This document shows, in pieces, positions 31,964 to 41,718 of a DNA stretch of 64,000 nt. Position numbers and translations under genes: made by a program. Within the stretch, counting starts at the first letter, position 1. Each line of letters opens with the position of its first letter. The notes under the pieces were generated by a model. The model had not been told where the DNA came from, searched no databases, and saw only the letters and a program-made list of their open reading frames with translations. Source of the DNA: Candidatus Cloacimonadales bacterium (lineage in GTDB: Bacteria > Cloacimonadota > Cloacimonadia > Cloacimonadales > JAIOQZ01); the NCBI GenBank assembly GCA_963665815.1, contig OY762463.1, positions 3,360,001-3,424,000 of the forward strand, given 5' to 3'.

Positions 31964-32914
31964 TTATTTTTTTTCCTTGAATCCTATAATAAAACATGTT
32001 GAATTATCGCTTAATTCTATTGATATGTCCCCATGCATGGATTCGATTGTTTTCCTGATATCACTTAGATAGATGGAATGTTCACTTGCAGGTTTATTAT
32101 CTCTGAAAAGTGTGAAGTCATGGTCGAAAAAACGTTCCTTCTCTAACTCAGAAAGAATCAATCCTTTAACATCTATTTTTAACTTGTTAAGATTGTTTTC
32201 TTTATTAAAGCTTAGTAATATCGTATTATCCTTGTCAACATGATATACAATTTCTATCAGCTTAAGTAATACAGTAATCAATGTATTGAAATTCAATTTC
32301 ATATAGTTATCATCAGAATCAATACTTTGCATGAGTTTACAATCCGGATATGAGTTACCGATCATCATGATTACTTCATTAAAGAGACTCCCTGTTGAAA
32401 AAACAGAGTATTTTTTGCTTGTTGTCTCTGATTTCTCGTGAATCTCACTGAGGTTTTTTATCAGCTTACGGCTTTCATTTACAATGATCTGAATAAATGT
32501 CCTGTTATCATCAGTCTCATCAGTGTTTTTAAGCATTTTTCTGGCAAAACCGTTTATGGAAGTAAGGGAGGTTGTTGCTTCTACAAGAAAATCATCATAG
32601 TTCCGGTATTTACCTTTTGTAATGACAGGATTAAATACCCAGAAATCCTTTTTCCCGTCTTTAATCTTTTTTAGATTGAATTCTTTTCCATTTGAAAGCA
32701 TTACTCTTGATGCAGAATAAGTTTCATCAAGTACTGTGGGCAGGAATTCAGCATTTATCAGAGAACTGAAGACAGGGAAAAACATGGTCGAATCTATTTC
32801 TGAAGGTAGTATATGTCGGATAACTGAATTAATGTACAGTATCTTTTGCTCTTCTGAACAAATTACTCCGGAAGATACTTCATCAAGCAGAAATCTTAAA
32901 TCAGTTCTTTTCAT
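31964..32914 (-). CDS. Degenerate PAS/HisKA/HATPase-like protein (pseudo-histidine kinase)
   Basis: E.TTSLTSINGFA...IIVNESRKL resembles an H-box helix without the His. L..IRKTIESMHGDISI...TCFII resembles an HATPase tail. Confidence 0.6.
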   Translation of the reverse strand: MKRTDLRFLLDEVSSGVICSEEQKILYINSVIRHILPSEIDSTMFFPVFSSLINAEFLPTVLDETYSASRVMLSNGKEFNLKKIKDGKKDFWVFNPVITKGKYRNYDDFLVEATTSLTSINGFARKMLKNTDETDDNRTFIQIIVNESRKLIKNLSEIHEKSETTSKKYSVFSTGSLFNEVIMMIGNSYPDCKLMQSIDSDDNYMKLNFNTLITVLLKLIEIVYHVDKDNTILLSFNKENNLNKLKIDVKGLILSELEKERFFDHDFTLFRDNKPASEHSIYLSDIRKTIESMHGDISIELSDNSTCFIIGFKEKK

Positions 32915-32917
32915 TTA

Positions 32918-33988
32918 TTACTCCTTACTTAGGAAATCTTTGATAGTATTGATAAAGTACTTATTTTGCTCAGGAGATGCAATAGTAACTCTCAGATGGT
33001 TTCTTAGCAAAGAGTGAGCTCCTATTGCTCTCACAGCAATTTCATTTTCAGATAAGAACTCATGCAGCTCTGCAGATTTATCCCCAATTGTGAACGGTAT
33101 GAAATTAGTATTAGTTTTATGGCACTTCATACTTTCTAAACTACTCAATTCCATATACATTTTATCTCTTTCGGAAATTACCAGTTTGTTATGATCCAGA
33201 AACTCATCCTTATGTTCCAGAATACTGCAGACAAAAGTCTTAGTGAGATTACTCATGTGGAAAAAAGTCATTACCTTGCCGATTTCAGAAATATACTTCT
33301 TGTTAGACAGCATATAACCGAATCTCAATCCGGCTGAGGAAAACGCTTTGGAAAAGGATCGTATCAGAATCAAATTATCGTATATATCAAGCTTGTCGGC
33401 AAATGTTACACCGGAAAACTCGAAATATGTTTCATCTATCAGCACAGGTTTATCTGTTGATTCAATTATTTTAATGATCTTTTCTGTATTTAGCAGATTT
33501 CCGGTTGGATTATTAGGATTGCACAAAATGGCAAGTCTGCATTCCGGTTTGTTTATCTCAGCAATGTACTCATCCACATCAAAATCAAAGTCCTCGTTCA
33601 GATGCTGGAAATTTACGGGCATACCTATGGCAGTCGAGTATGTTTTATAATCAAAGTAGGATGGAGCAAGGGAGTAGGCATAATCTCCTTCACGCCCTCT
33701 AAGAGATGTAAACAGGTAGTACAGCATTTCATCTGCGCCATTACCATATACAAAGTTCTCTGAAGTCAGCCCGAAACCGATATAATCTGTAAGTTTCTGT
33801 TCCAGCTCAGCAGTTATGCCCTGAAAGTATCTGTTCAGGTGGACATTCTCCATTTTATTGAGAAATGTTGCTTTTATCAACTGATACGGATCAAGGCTGC
33901 TTTCATTCAGGCACATCATGTGCTTTTTAAGAGGGACATCTATAATTGCAGGTTTACGTTCTTCAAGATCTTTGCGGAATCTGTACAT
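32918..33988 (-). CDS. hisC: Histidinol-phosphate aminotransferase-like PLP enzyme
   Basis: LNES, GNGADE, CNPNNPTG, DETY.EF, RSFSKAFSSAGLRFGY, LRVTI. Confidence 0.8.
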   Translation of the reverse strand: MYRFRKDLEERKPAIIDVPLKKHMMCLNESSLDPYQLIKATFLNKMENVHLNRYFQGITAELEQKLTDYIGFGLTSENFVYGNGADEMLYYLFTSLRGREGDYAYSLAPSYFDYKTYSTAIGMPVNFQHLNEDFDFDVDEYIAEINKPECRLAILCNPNNPTGNLLNTEKIIKIIESTDKPVLIDETYFEFSGVTFADKLDIYDNLILIRSFSKAFSSAGLRFGYMLSNKKYISEIGKVMTFFHMSNLTKTFVCSILEHKDEFLDHNKLVISERDKMYMELSSLESMKCHKTNTNFIPFTIGDKSAELHEFLSENEIAVRAIGAHSLLRNHLRVTIASPEQNKYFINTIKDFLSKE

Positions 33989-34090
33989 GGTCTAATACCT
34001 TTCTAAAGTTTTTCTTCATTGAGATGATAATAGTTTTTCTGTCAAGAACAGTATTTTTTCACATGACATCTCATATAGCCGTTTGTTAAT

Positions 34091-34530
34091 ATTCCAGAGA
34101 CGATTTCATGCATCCCCCGAAACCAATACAATGTATGTATAACTTATTATAAATAAAAGTATTGAAACAGTAAATCAGTGGAAAATATGAATCAATGTAA
34201 TAGCTTTGACTAAGTATGATTGTTTTGCATTGATGATAGCATTTTCTCTTTTTTACTGTATAATAAATTTAACCGTTAAGAAATCCTGAAGCCTTGGAAG
34301 GATTTTAGGAAAAATTTATGGTTCCAGTTTACTGGAAATACATTTTAAAAAGAGTGCTTTTCGATGAAATTTACAATTTCATCAACTTCTCCATTTTCTT
34401 TTGTTTAGTTTTCTTTGGCACCAAAGAAAATGAAGAGTGCATTTTTCTAAGAAATGTCTGCTAAAAATCCTTCCAATTTTCTTGAAATCAGATTTTCAAG
34501 AAAAAACGGGGGGATTCCAAGAGACGATTT
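34091..34530. repeat. Hairpin-rich intergenic element with direct and inverted terminal repeats
   Basis: Direct repeat ATTCCA(A)GAGACGATTT at 34091 and 34514. Inverted pairs ATCCCCCG/CGGGGGGAT and TTGGAAGGATTTTAG/CTAAAAATCCTTCCAA. At least four internal hairpins. Confidence 0.6.
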
Positions 34531-34587
34531 ACCTTGACAGATACTTATTCAATTATTTATAAATGGATAAATTTTTAAGGAGTGTAT

Positions 34588-35130
34588 ATGAAGAAAGTAA
34601 ACTATTTTATCATGATAGCTCTGTTAGTGCTTATAGCTGGATGTGCATCTTCCAATGGACACACTAAACATTTGCCCTCATTGGATACAGGTAAATTCAT
34701 CCCATCCGAATCTGATGACAGACTAACTCAATATGATTACAGCAGACTTAACGATCATGGCCTTATTGTGTTTACGTATGATTTTACAGGATTATCAGGA
34801 CATAAAAAAGAAGGGATTAGAGTCATTGAAGTTCCTATGAAAGGGAATAAGAATAGTGATGTTTTTAACAAGATATTCAGAGTAGATGGTGTTCAAACTC
34901 TTCACAGATTCAGAGGTGTTTCAACGGAAGTACAAATGATGGCAATCAGGGGAAAAGTAGTTTATGGCGGTTGTCTGAAAATTGATGTGAGTGATATTGA
35001 TAACGTTGATGTCGTGCAAGTATTGGACAAAAGAGATGAACTGAATAAAACACTTTCTGAGAAGAACTGTAAGCTAAATATTGATGAAATTGAAGTTAAG
35101 CTGATGAAAGCCAGAATATTCGCCAGTTGA
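34588..35130 (+). CDS. Hypothetical lipoprotein
   Basis: Lipobox LIAGC, AAGGAG RBS, TTGACA at 34534. Confidence 0.7.
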   Translation: MKKVNYFIMIALLVLIAGCASSNGHTKHLPSLDTGKFIPSESDDRLTQYDYSRLNDHGLIVFTYDFTGLSGHKKEGIRVIEVPMKGNKNSDVFNKIFRVDGVQTLHRFRGVSTEVQMMAIRGKVVYGGCLKIDVSDIDNVDVVQVLDKRDELNKTLSEKNCKLNIDEIEVKLMKARIFAS

Positions 35131-35152
35131 TACCTCTTAGTTTGAATGCATA

Positions 35153-35227
35153 AGATTTTCTGATGTCACTCAAAAATGAAATGAATGGAGAACTGATATT
35201 ACGCAATATTGCAGGTCAGAGAGCTGT
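35153..35227 (+). repeat. Degenerate copy of the 5' coding region of the helicase gene (36384-36458)
   Basis: About 75-bp direct repeat AGATTTTCTGATGTCACTCAAAAA...GCAATATTGCAGGTCAG with few mismatches. Confidence 0.9.
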
Positions 35228-35327
35228 TCTCGAAAATGTCTCCGATTAAGTTGAACTTGATAATTAATTTACTGTTATCTATAATTATTAAAGAAAATAC
35301 TGACTATCAGTAATTTAGGAGACATAT

Positions 35328-36296
35328 ATGACCAAGTTTCATGTTGTGCTTTTCTTGTCTGCTTTTTTGATCACAGTCTTACCAGCAACACTTTCACCGG
35401 AATTTTTGAAAGCAGAAAAAGCAATTGCCGAAGATGACTATGAATTAGCTATTGAATTATATAGTTCAATTATTGAGTCTGATCCGGAGAATGCAGAAGC
35501 ATATTTCCTGAGGGGAGTCGCGAATTTAGAAGAAACAGACGATGATTTAGCTCTGGATGATCTCAATAAAGCTCAAGAACTTGGTTACAAGAATATCTAC
35601 TTGTATTATTATCGAGGTTTATCATACGAAAGTCTGATTGAATATGATAAAGCTATATCTGATCTTACAGTTTTTCTGGATGATTCATCCAGTAAACCAG
35701 ATTCTATTTTGATTAAGGCATATAAATCTCGAGGATGGTGTCGAAATGATTTGAAAGATTATTCCGGCTCTATTGAAGATTGCACAAAAGCAATCGAACT
35801 TAATCCAATGGATGTTAATGCAAACTTCCAGAGAGCAACCGTATTGTTTAAGGACAAGCAGTATGCAAAATCAATAAATGAATTCATACGACTTGCAAAG
35901 TTGTTCCCGAAGAAAAATAAAATTGCCAGAAAACGCATTATTTTCATAAAACTTGAAACCGGTGATTATAGCGGGGTGGTTAGAGACTGTACACAATTGC
36001 TGAATGAAGGATATCGAAAATGTTCATTGTATCAATTACGTGCAGAAGCCTACTTAGGACTTACGGAATATGAGAAAGCCCTTGCTGATATAAAAACAGC
36101 TCTCAATGATTTCGAAAAGCATGAGAAAATTCTTGATTACAGGAAAATTGCACAGATTAAAGCAAGAGCGATACTGGGATTAGGGTATGTTAAAGAAGCT
36201 GAAAGTTATATTAACAAGGCATTACAGCAAGATCCGGATAATACTGAGTTTCTTAAAATCAAACAGGAAATACTTGAAGCTTCAAAGAAAAAGTAG
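35328..36296 (+). CDS. Exported tetratricopeptide-repeat protein
   Basis: Signal peptide and multiple AY..RG.....A..D..KA TPR units. Confidence 0.9.
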   Translation: MTKFHVVLFLSAFLITVLPATLSPEFLKAEKAIAEDDYELAIELYSSIIESDPENAEAYFLRGVANLEETDDDLALDDLNKAQELGYKNIYLYYYRGLSYESLIEYDKAISDLTVFLDDSSSKPDSILIKAYKSRGWCRNDLKDYSGSIEDCTKAIELNPMDVNANFQRATVLFKDKQYAKSINEFIRLAKLFPKKNKIARKRIIFIKLETGDYSGVVRDCTQLLNEGYRKCSLYQLRAEAYLGLTEYEKALADIKTALNDFEKHEKILDYRKIAQIKARAILGLGYVKEAESYINKALQQDPDNTEFLKIKQEILEASKKK

Positions 36297-36360
36297 TTTA
36301 TATACTTTCACATATTTCAATAGAACTTGACATCCGAACATCTCCATTCTTCAATGCTGC

Positions 36361-38877
36361 ATGGATTATAATAATAAACTGTCAGATTTTCTGATGTCAC
36401 TCAAAAACGAAATGAGCGGAGAACTGATATTCCGCAATATTGCAGGTCAGGATGCTGTCTTTGATGCAATCCCCCAACGGGTCGATCTGTCAATCCGGAG
36501 TTTTCTTGCAGCCAATGGTATAAGCAAACTGTTCAAGCACCAGTCAGATGCTCTAAATGCTGTTTTTCGCAGAGAAAACGTAGTTATCACTACAGGTGTG
36601 TCCAGCGGGAAATCGCTCTGTTATCAGGTTCCTGTCGTTCAGTCGATTTTGGATGATCACGAGTCATCTTCACTTTTTCTCTACCCTACAAAAGCATTGT
36701 CTCGTGATCAGCTTAAACAGATGAACAATCTTTTCCCGAATGACAACAACAGGATGTTCAAGGCTTTTGTATATGATGGTGATACTCCGGCTGATAAAAG
36801 AAAGCACATTCGGAATCATGCAAATATCGTAGTGACTAATCCTGACATGCTGCACATGAGTATATTACCACATCATACAACCTGGGAGAAATTCTTTTCC
36901 GGTCTGCGCTATGTCGTCATTGATGAAATCCATACCTACAGAGGTGTTTTCGGGTCTCATTTCATTAATGTTATGAGACGCCTCCACAGAATTATGAAGT
37001 TTTACGGAGCATCACCGCAATATATTATGACATCTGCCACAATTGCCAATGCTCGGGAAACTGCAGAGAAAATATCAGGACAGAAAGTTACTCTGATTGA
37101 TCAGGATTACTCCGCAAAAGGCAGCAGATACTTCATTTATTATAATCCACCCATAGTAAACGAAGAGCTGGGCATTCGTAAAAGCTCCCTGCTCGAAGCT
37201 GAGGAAATAGGCTATAAGCTGATTAGAAATGATCTTCAGTCTATCATATTTGCCCAGACAAGAAAGAGTGTTGAATTGATAGTCAACTATCTGCTTCGTC
37301 ATGAGGATGTCTCAGAAAAAGATGTGCGTGGCTACCGTTCAGGCTATCTGCCGGGATTCCGTCGAGAGATTGAGCAGGAATTACAGCAGGGAAATGCTAA
37401 ATGTGTCGTTGCAACCAATGCTCTTGAGCTGGGAATTGATATCGGATCTCTGGATGTGTCCGTTATAAGCGGTTACCCCGGAACTATAGCCTCTCTATGG
37501 CAGCAGGCAGGCAGAGCAGGCAGATCCGGTAAAGAGTCTGTGAACATATATTTGACAAGTGCCAGTCCGTTGGATCAGTATCTGTATAGTCATCCGGAAT
37601 ACATTTTCGACAGAGAGTCCGAGAAAGCCATAACGAATCCTGATCACCTCCTTATACTGTTCAATCACCTGCAATGTGCTGTGTTTGAACTGCCTTTCAA
37701 GAATGACGAGTATTTCGGAAATCTTTCACCTGAAGAGATAATTGACATGTGGGAAGTACTGAAAGAAGAACGCAAAGTTTTCGAGGACAGAGATAGCTAT
37801 TACTGGACTGCCGGAGGGTATCCTCCTGAACTGATCAGTCTGCGCAATATCGATTCAGGATTGATAAAACTCATCAATGATGCTCCTCAGAGAACAATCA
37901 TAGGATATACTGACCGACACAGTTCATACTGGCTACTTCATCCTAAAGCTATATATATACATGACGGTACATCTTACATCGTGAAAGATCTGAATCTGGA
38001 AGAAAAATACGCTCTGCTTCAGGAAGCGGAAATGGATTATTTTACTCAGGCACAGATGAAAACAGAGTTTGATATAGAATCAACAGATAACGCCAAAGAA
38101 TATAAAGGATTTACAATTGAAAAAGGTGAATTGATTGTTCGCAGCAGAGTTATAGGATTTCAGGCGAAAAAGTGGTACACTCACGAAATTGTGGGACAGG
38201 AAGAACTGGAAATGCCTGAGCATGCTCTGGATACATATGGATGCTGGATAAAACTGTCTGCGGATTTTGTGGAATCCCTGAGACAAAGCGACTCCTGGAG
38301 TAACAACCGGAATAACTATGGGGCTGACTGGAATTTGATAAAGGAAGCAGTCAGACGCAGAGACCATTACAGTTGTCGTAATTGTGGAAAACTTGAGGAC
38401 GGAGCAAACCATGATGTACACCACATAAAACCGTTCCGGTTCTTTGATTCTGCCAGAGAAGCGAATGCTATGGAAAACCTGATTACCCTGTGTAAAAGCT
38501 GTCATCATCAGGCAGAGAGTCAGGTTAGAGTTGTTTCCGGTCTCGATGGAGTCAGACATCTGCTCCAGAATATGAGTCCGCTTAAGCTTATGTGCGATAA
38601 TACAGATATAAGAGTGTTTGCAGAAAGTGCAAGTTCACTTAATGCACAGCTCCCGGCTATTGTCTTTTACGATGCAATTTCGGGAGGGATTGGACTGAGT
38701 GAAGAAGTTTATAAAGAGTTTTTCAGTATTCTGAGAAAGTCACTTGAAGTCCTGAAAAGCTGTCAATGCGACTCTGGTTGTCCATCCTGTATAGGACCTT
38801 CCGCAAGTAAGGACTCTAAGAAATACTCAGCAATAATTATTAGCAAACTGCTGAAGGTACACAATGAAAAAGCTTAA
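36361..38877 (+). CDS. mrfA: MrfA/Hrq1/SftH-type DEAH helicase with DUF1998 and an inserted HNH domain
   Basis: TGVSSGKSL, YPTKAL, TNPDMLH, DEIH, SAT, ATNALELGIDIG, QQAGRAGR, HLQCA...CQCDSGCPSC. HNH insert CRNC...HDVHHI...NLITLCKSCH. Confidence 0.88.
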   Translation: MDYNNKLSDFLMSLKNEMSGELIFRNIAGQDAVFDAIPQRVDLSIRSFLAANGISKLFKHQSDALNAVFRRENVVITTGVSSGKSLCYQVPVVQSILDDHESSSLFLYPTKALSRDQLKQMNNLFPNDNNRMFKAFVYDGDTPADKRKHIRNHANIVVTNPDMLHMSILPHHTTWEKFFSGLRYVVIDEIHTYRGVFGSHFINVMRRLHRIMKFYGASPQYIMTSATIANARETAEKISGQKVTLIDQDYSAKGSRYFIYYNPPIVNEELGIRKSSLLEAEEIGYKLIRNDLQSIIFAQTRKSVELIVNYLLRHEDVSEKDVRGYRSGYLPGFRREIEQELQQGNAKCVVATNALELGIDIGSLDVSVISGYPGTIASLWQQAGRAGRSGKESVNIYLTSASPLDQYLYSHPEYIFDRESEKAITNPDHLLILFNHLQCAVFELPFKNDEYFGNLSPEEIIDMWEVLKEERKVFEDRDSYYWTAGGYPPELISLRNIDSGLIKLINDAPQRTIIGYTDRHSSYWLLHPKAIYIHDGTSYIVKDLNLEEKYALLQEAEMDYFTQAQMKTEFDIESTDNAKEYKGFTIEKGELIVRSRVIGFQAKKWYTHEIVGQEELEMPEHALDTYGCWIKLSADFVESLRQSDSWSNNRNNYGADWNLIKEAVRRRDHYSCRNCGKLEDGANHDVHHIKPFRFFDSAREANAMENLITLCKSCHHQAESQVRVVSGLDGVRHLLQNMSPLKLMCDNTDIRVFAESASSLNAQLPAIVFYDAISGGIGLSEEVYKEFFSILRKSLEVLKSCQCDSGCPSCIGPSASKDSKKYSAIIISKLLKVHNEKA

Positions 38878-40054
38878 AGCAAAACTGAAGTCACTTGGTG
38901 CAGAGTTAAAAAAAGAGGATTCTGCTGTTGAAGAAGTTTTAGAGACTGAATCCGAGTCTTATATTGAAACTCCTTATGGAAAAGTACGCTGCAAAAAGAC
39001 AATTCATGATATGAATCTACAATTTTCGAGTGATATTTCGCAAGGGATAAGAAGTGTAAGTAAATATTGCAGAGTTCCACAAGCACTGGCATCAAATCCA
39101 TTCAATTTTGTGTTCATTGATCTGGAGACAACAGGACTTTCAGGTGGAGCAGGGACTATACCATTTCTGACAGGAGCAGGAGTCCTTAAAAATGGCAAAT
39201 TTGAGCTGTATCAGTATTTTCTTGAGTCACCATCTCAGGAGAAAGCAGGTCTGCATCTTGTAAAAGATATGATAAAAGATAAGTCGATTGTTGTCTCATT
39301 CAATGGAAAGAGCTTTGATATCCCGCTTCTGAAGAGTCGTTTTGTACTCCATTTCAGAGAACATCCATTTGACGAAAAGTATAATCTTGATCTTCTGCAT
39401 ATTTTCCGAAGGCTCTATAAAAACCGGTTCGAGAATTGTTCTCTGCAATACCTTGAATACCGCATACTGAAGCTATTCAGAACCTCATCTGACATAGAAG
39501 GTTATCTCATACCGGAGATGTATACACAGTATCTGCATGACAGAGATGAGGACTTTGTAGAAAGTGTGCTGTATCATAATGAAGTGGATATTACCTCCAT
39601 GGTAAGTCTACTTGATTTTCTGGTGAAATACCTGTCTGAGCCGTGCTGTGAAGATTATGAGGATTTAACCGATCCATTAGCTGTATGCAGATTCTTTGAG
39701 TTCATTGAAGATACTGAATGTGCAGAGAATATGTATTCAAGCTATAAAGAGAATCCGTTATGTACTAATGATGAGAAATTTCAGTGGCACTATTCGATTA
39801 TGCTGAAAAAGTCTAAACGAGTTAATGAGGCTGTGGAAGTCTGGGAAAAACTGACGGAATCCAGCATAGATGCGTGTTGCGAACTGGCAAAGCACTATGA
39901 ACACCGGATGAAGAACTTCGATAAGGCTATTCAGTATACATATTCGGCATTTGATCTGGCATTGAGTCAGGGGAAATCTGTCACAGTCCTGAAGGCAATC
40001 CAGACCAGAATGCAAAGACTTGAGCAAAAATTGAAAAGGGTGAGAAACGGATAA
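38864..40054 (+). CDS. mrfB: MrfB/YprB-type RNase H-like (DEDD) exonuclease with C-terminal TPR
   Basis: IDLETTGLSGGAGT, SFNGKSFD, DLLH..RR, YHNEVD, LAKHYEHR. Overlaps the helicase stop. Confidence 0.85.
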   Translation: MKKLKAKLKSLGAELKKEDSAVEEVLETESESYIETPYGKVRCKKTIHDMNLQFSSDISQGIRSVSKYCRVPQALASNPFNFVFIDLETTGLSGGAGTIPFLTGAGVLKNGKFELYQYFLESPSQEKAGLHLVKDMIKDKSIVVSFNGKSFDIPLLKSRFVLHFREHPFDEKYNLDLLHIFRRLYKNRFENCSLQYLEYRILKLFRTSSDIEGYLIPEMYTQYLHDRDEDFVESVLYHNEVDITSMVSLLDFLVKYLSEPCCEDYEDLTDPLAVCRFFEFIEDTECAENMYSSYKENPLCTNDEKFQWHYSIMLKKSKRVNEAVEVWEKLTESSIDACCELAKHYEHRMKNFDKAIQYTYSAFDLALSQGKSVTVLKAIQTRMQRLEQKLKRVRNG

Positions 40055-40351
40055 AATCCATATTAACCTTTGTAATACGAATAACAGGGATTCCTGTTAC
40101 CTTAGAAGAGATCAGCGAAATCATCCTCGTTTAAGGTTAGTTTAAAATGTACTTATTTTTTATCTCAGAGCACAATGACTGAGCCTATACTAAATCGACA
40201 ATGTTGATATAATCCTGAATAAGAATCAAACATATGTATGCCTTTAAGTGTCAAGAACCAGATCAAATCCATATCTTTTATCAGCAATATTTCCGTAAAT
40301 AAAACTTGCAGTTCAGTTAATATTTTGATCATATTGGTTTATGAGGCAAAA

Positions 40352-41716
40352 ATGAATAGAAATTATAAATATCACGAGGCAACAATAAGTATCTGCCCGG
40401 AGTGCAATAAAAGAGTCCCTGCAAAGATAATTTTCAGAGATAACAAAGTATATCTGAAGAAACACTGCGAGGAACACGGGATAACAGAAGAACTCTTCGA
40501 AGAGGATATTGAGTATTATCTGAATAAAAGGAAGTTCGATAAACCCGGTACTGTCTCAGAGATTCAGACTGAGACAAATAGAGGCTGTCCCTGGGATTGC
40601 GGACTGTGCCCTGAGCACGATCAGCATACCTGCATTGGTTTGGTGGAGATAACAGAAAACTGTGATCTGAATTGTCCGGTTTGTTATGCTAAGAGTGATT
40701 CAGGTAGTTTCATGTCATTGGATAGAATCAGTAAAATGATGGATTTCTTTGTGCAGAGTGAAGGTGGAGAAGCTGAGATTCTGCAGATCAGCGGGGGAGA
40801 ACCTACAACCCATCCGGATATTATCAAAATCATAGAGCTGGCTCGCAAGAAGAATATACGCTATGTGATGCTTAATACAAACGGACTGCGCATTGCTGAT
40901 GATCTTGAGTTTGTCTCAGATCTCAGCAAATTCGAAGGAGGATTTGAAGTGTATCTCCAGTTTGATGGTTTTGATCCTGAAATATACCGAACTTTACGTG
41001 GCAGAGATATTCTGGAACAAAAACTGAAAGCTGTGAAAGTGCTGACTATGTTCAAAATTCCCGTAACGCTTGTGGTAACTGTTCAGAAAGGGTTAAATGA
41101 TCACCAACTTGGTAAAATCATTGAGTTCGGTATGGAAACCGAAGGAGTGCGTGGAGTTAATCTTCAGCCTGTAGCATATTTTGGCAGATTTAACAAAGAG
41201 GCAACATCTGACAGGATTACTCTGTCCGGAGTGATTCACAGTATTGAGAACCAGCTTCCGGATGTATTTCAAAAGGGTGATATAGTGCCGCTTCCCTGCA
41301 ATGTTGAACGGGTAGGTGTGACATATCTCAGCAAAGTAAAAGGTAAGTTTGTACCTGTTACCAGAAACGTGAAGATAGAAGACTATCTACCGCTTATAGA
41401 TAACACCTTTGCATTTGATGCGGACAGAATCATAAAGAAGAGGGAAAAAGAATCTGTGACTTCAATTGAAGGAACCTGCAGTTGTATGAACTTCCTGAAA
41501 GATATGAAGTCAATTATTCCTGTAAGTTTTGCATTCAAGTCAAAGAAAGAAAAGCTCAAGTATATTAATAACAATACATTCCGAATAAGTGTGACCTCTT
41601 TTGTAGATAAATACAATTTTGATCTGAAATCTATGCAGAAAGAATGCGTTCATATATTAACGGAAGATTTAAGAAGAATTCCATTTTCTGCGTATAACAT
41701 GTTTTACAGGGATTAA
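40352..41716 (+). CDS. Radical SAM enzyme of the MJ0619/tetraether synthase (Tes, GDGT-MAS)-like family
   Basis: N-terminal CPEC...CEEH, then GCPWDCGLC.EH.QHTC, radical SAM CDLNCPVC, SGGEPT.HP, NTNG, YLQFDG, ECVH...IPFSAYN. Start placed at the ATG after GAGG. Confidence 0.85.
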   Translation: MNRNYKYHEATISICPECNKRVPAKIIFRDNKVYLKKHCEEHGITEELFEEDIEYYLNKRKFDKPGTVSEIQTETNRGCPWDCGLCPEHDQHTCIGLVEITENCDLNCPVCYAKSDSGSFMSLDRISKMMDFFVQSEGGEAEILQISGGEPTTHPDIIKIIELARKKNIRYVMLNTNGLRIADDLEFVSDLSKFEGGFEVYLQFDGFDPEIYRTLRGRDILEQKLKAVKVLTMFKIPVTLVVTVQKGLNDHQLGKIIEFGMETEGVRGVNLQPVAYFGRFNKEATSDRITLSGVIHSIENQLPDVFQKGDIVPLPCNVERVGVTYLSKVKGKFVPVTRNVKIEDYLPLIDNTFAFDADRIIKKREKESVTSIEGTCSCMNFLKDMKSIIPVSFAFKSKKEKLKYINNNTFRISVTSFVDKYNFDLKSMQKECVHILTEDLRRIPFSAYNMFYRD

Positions 41717-41718
41717 GA

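Noticed and set aside
38310-38520. Intein or intron carrying the HNH
   Set aside because: No intein splice motifs (N-terminal Cys/Ser block, His-Asn before Cys/Ser/Thr), and the frame is continuous. It reads as a domain insertion.
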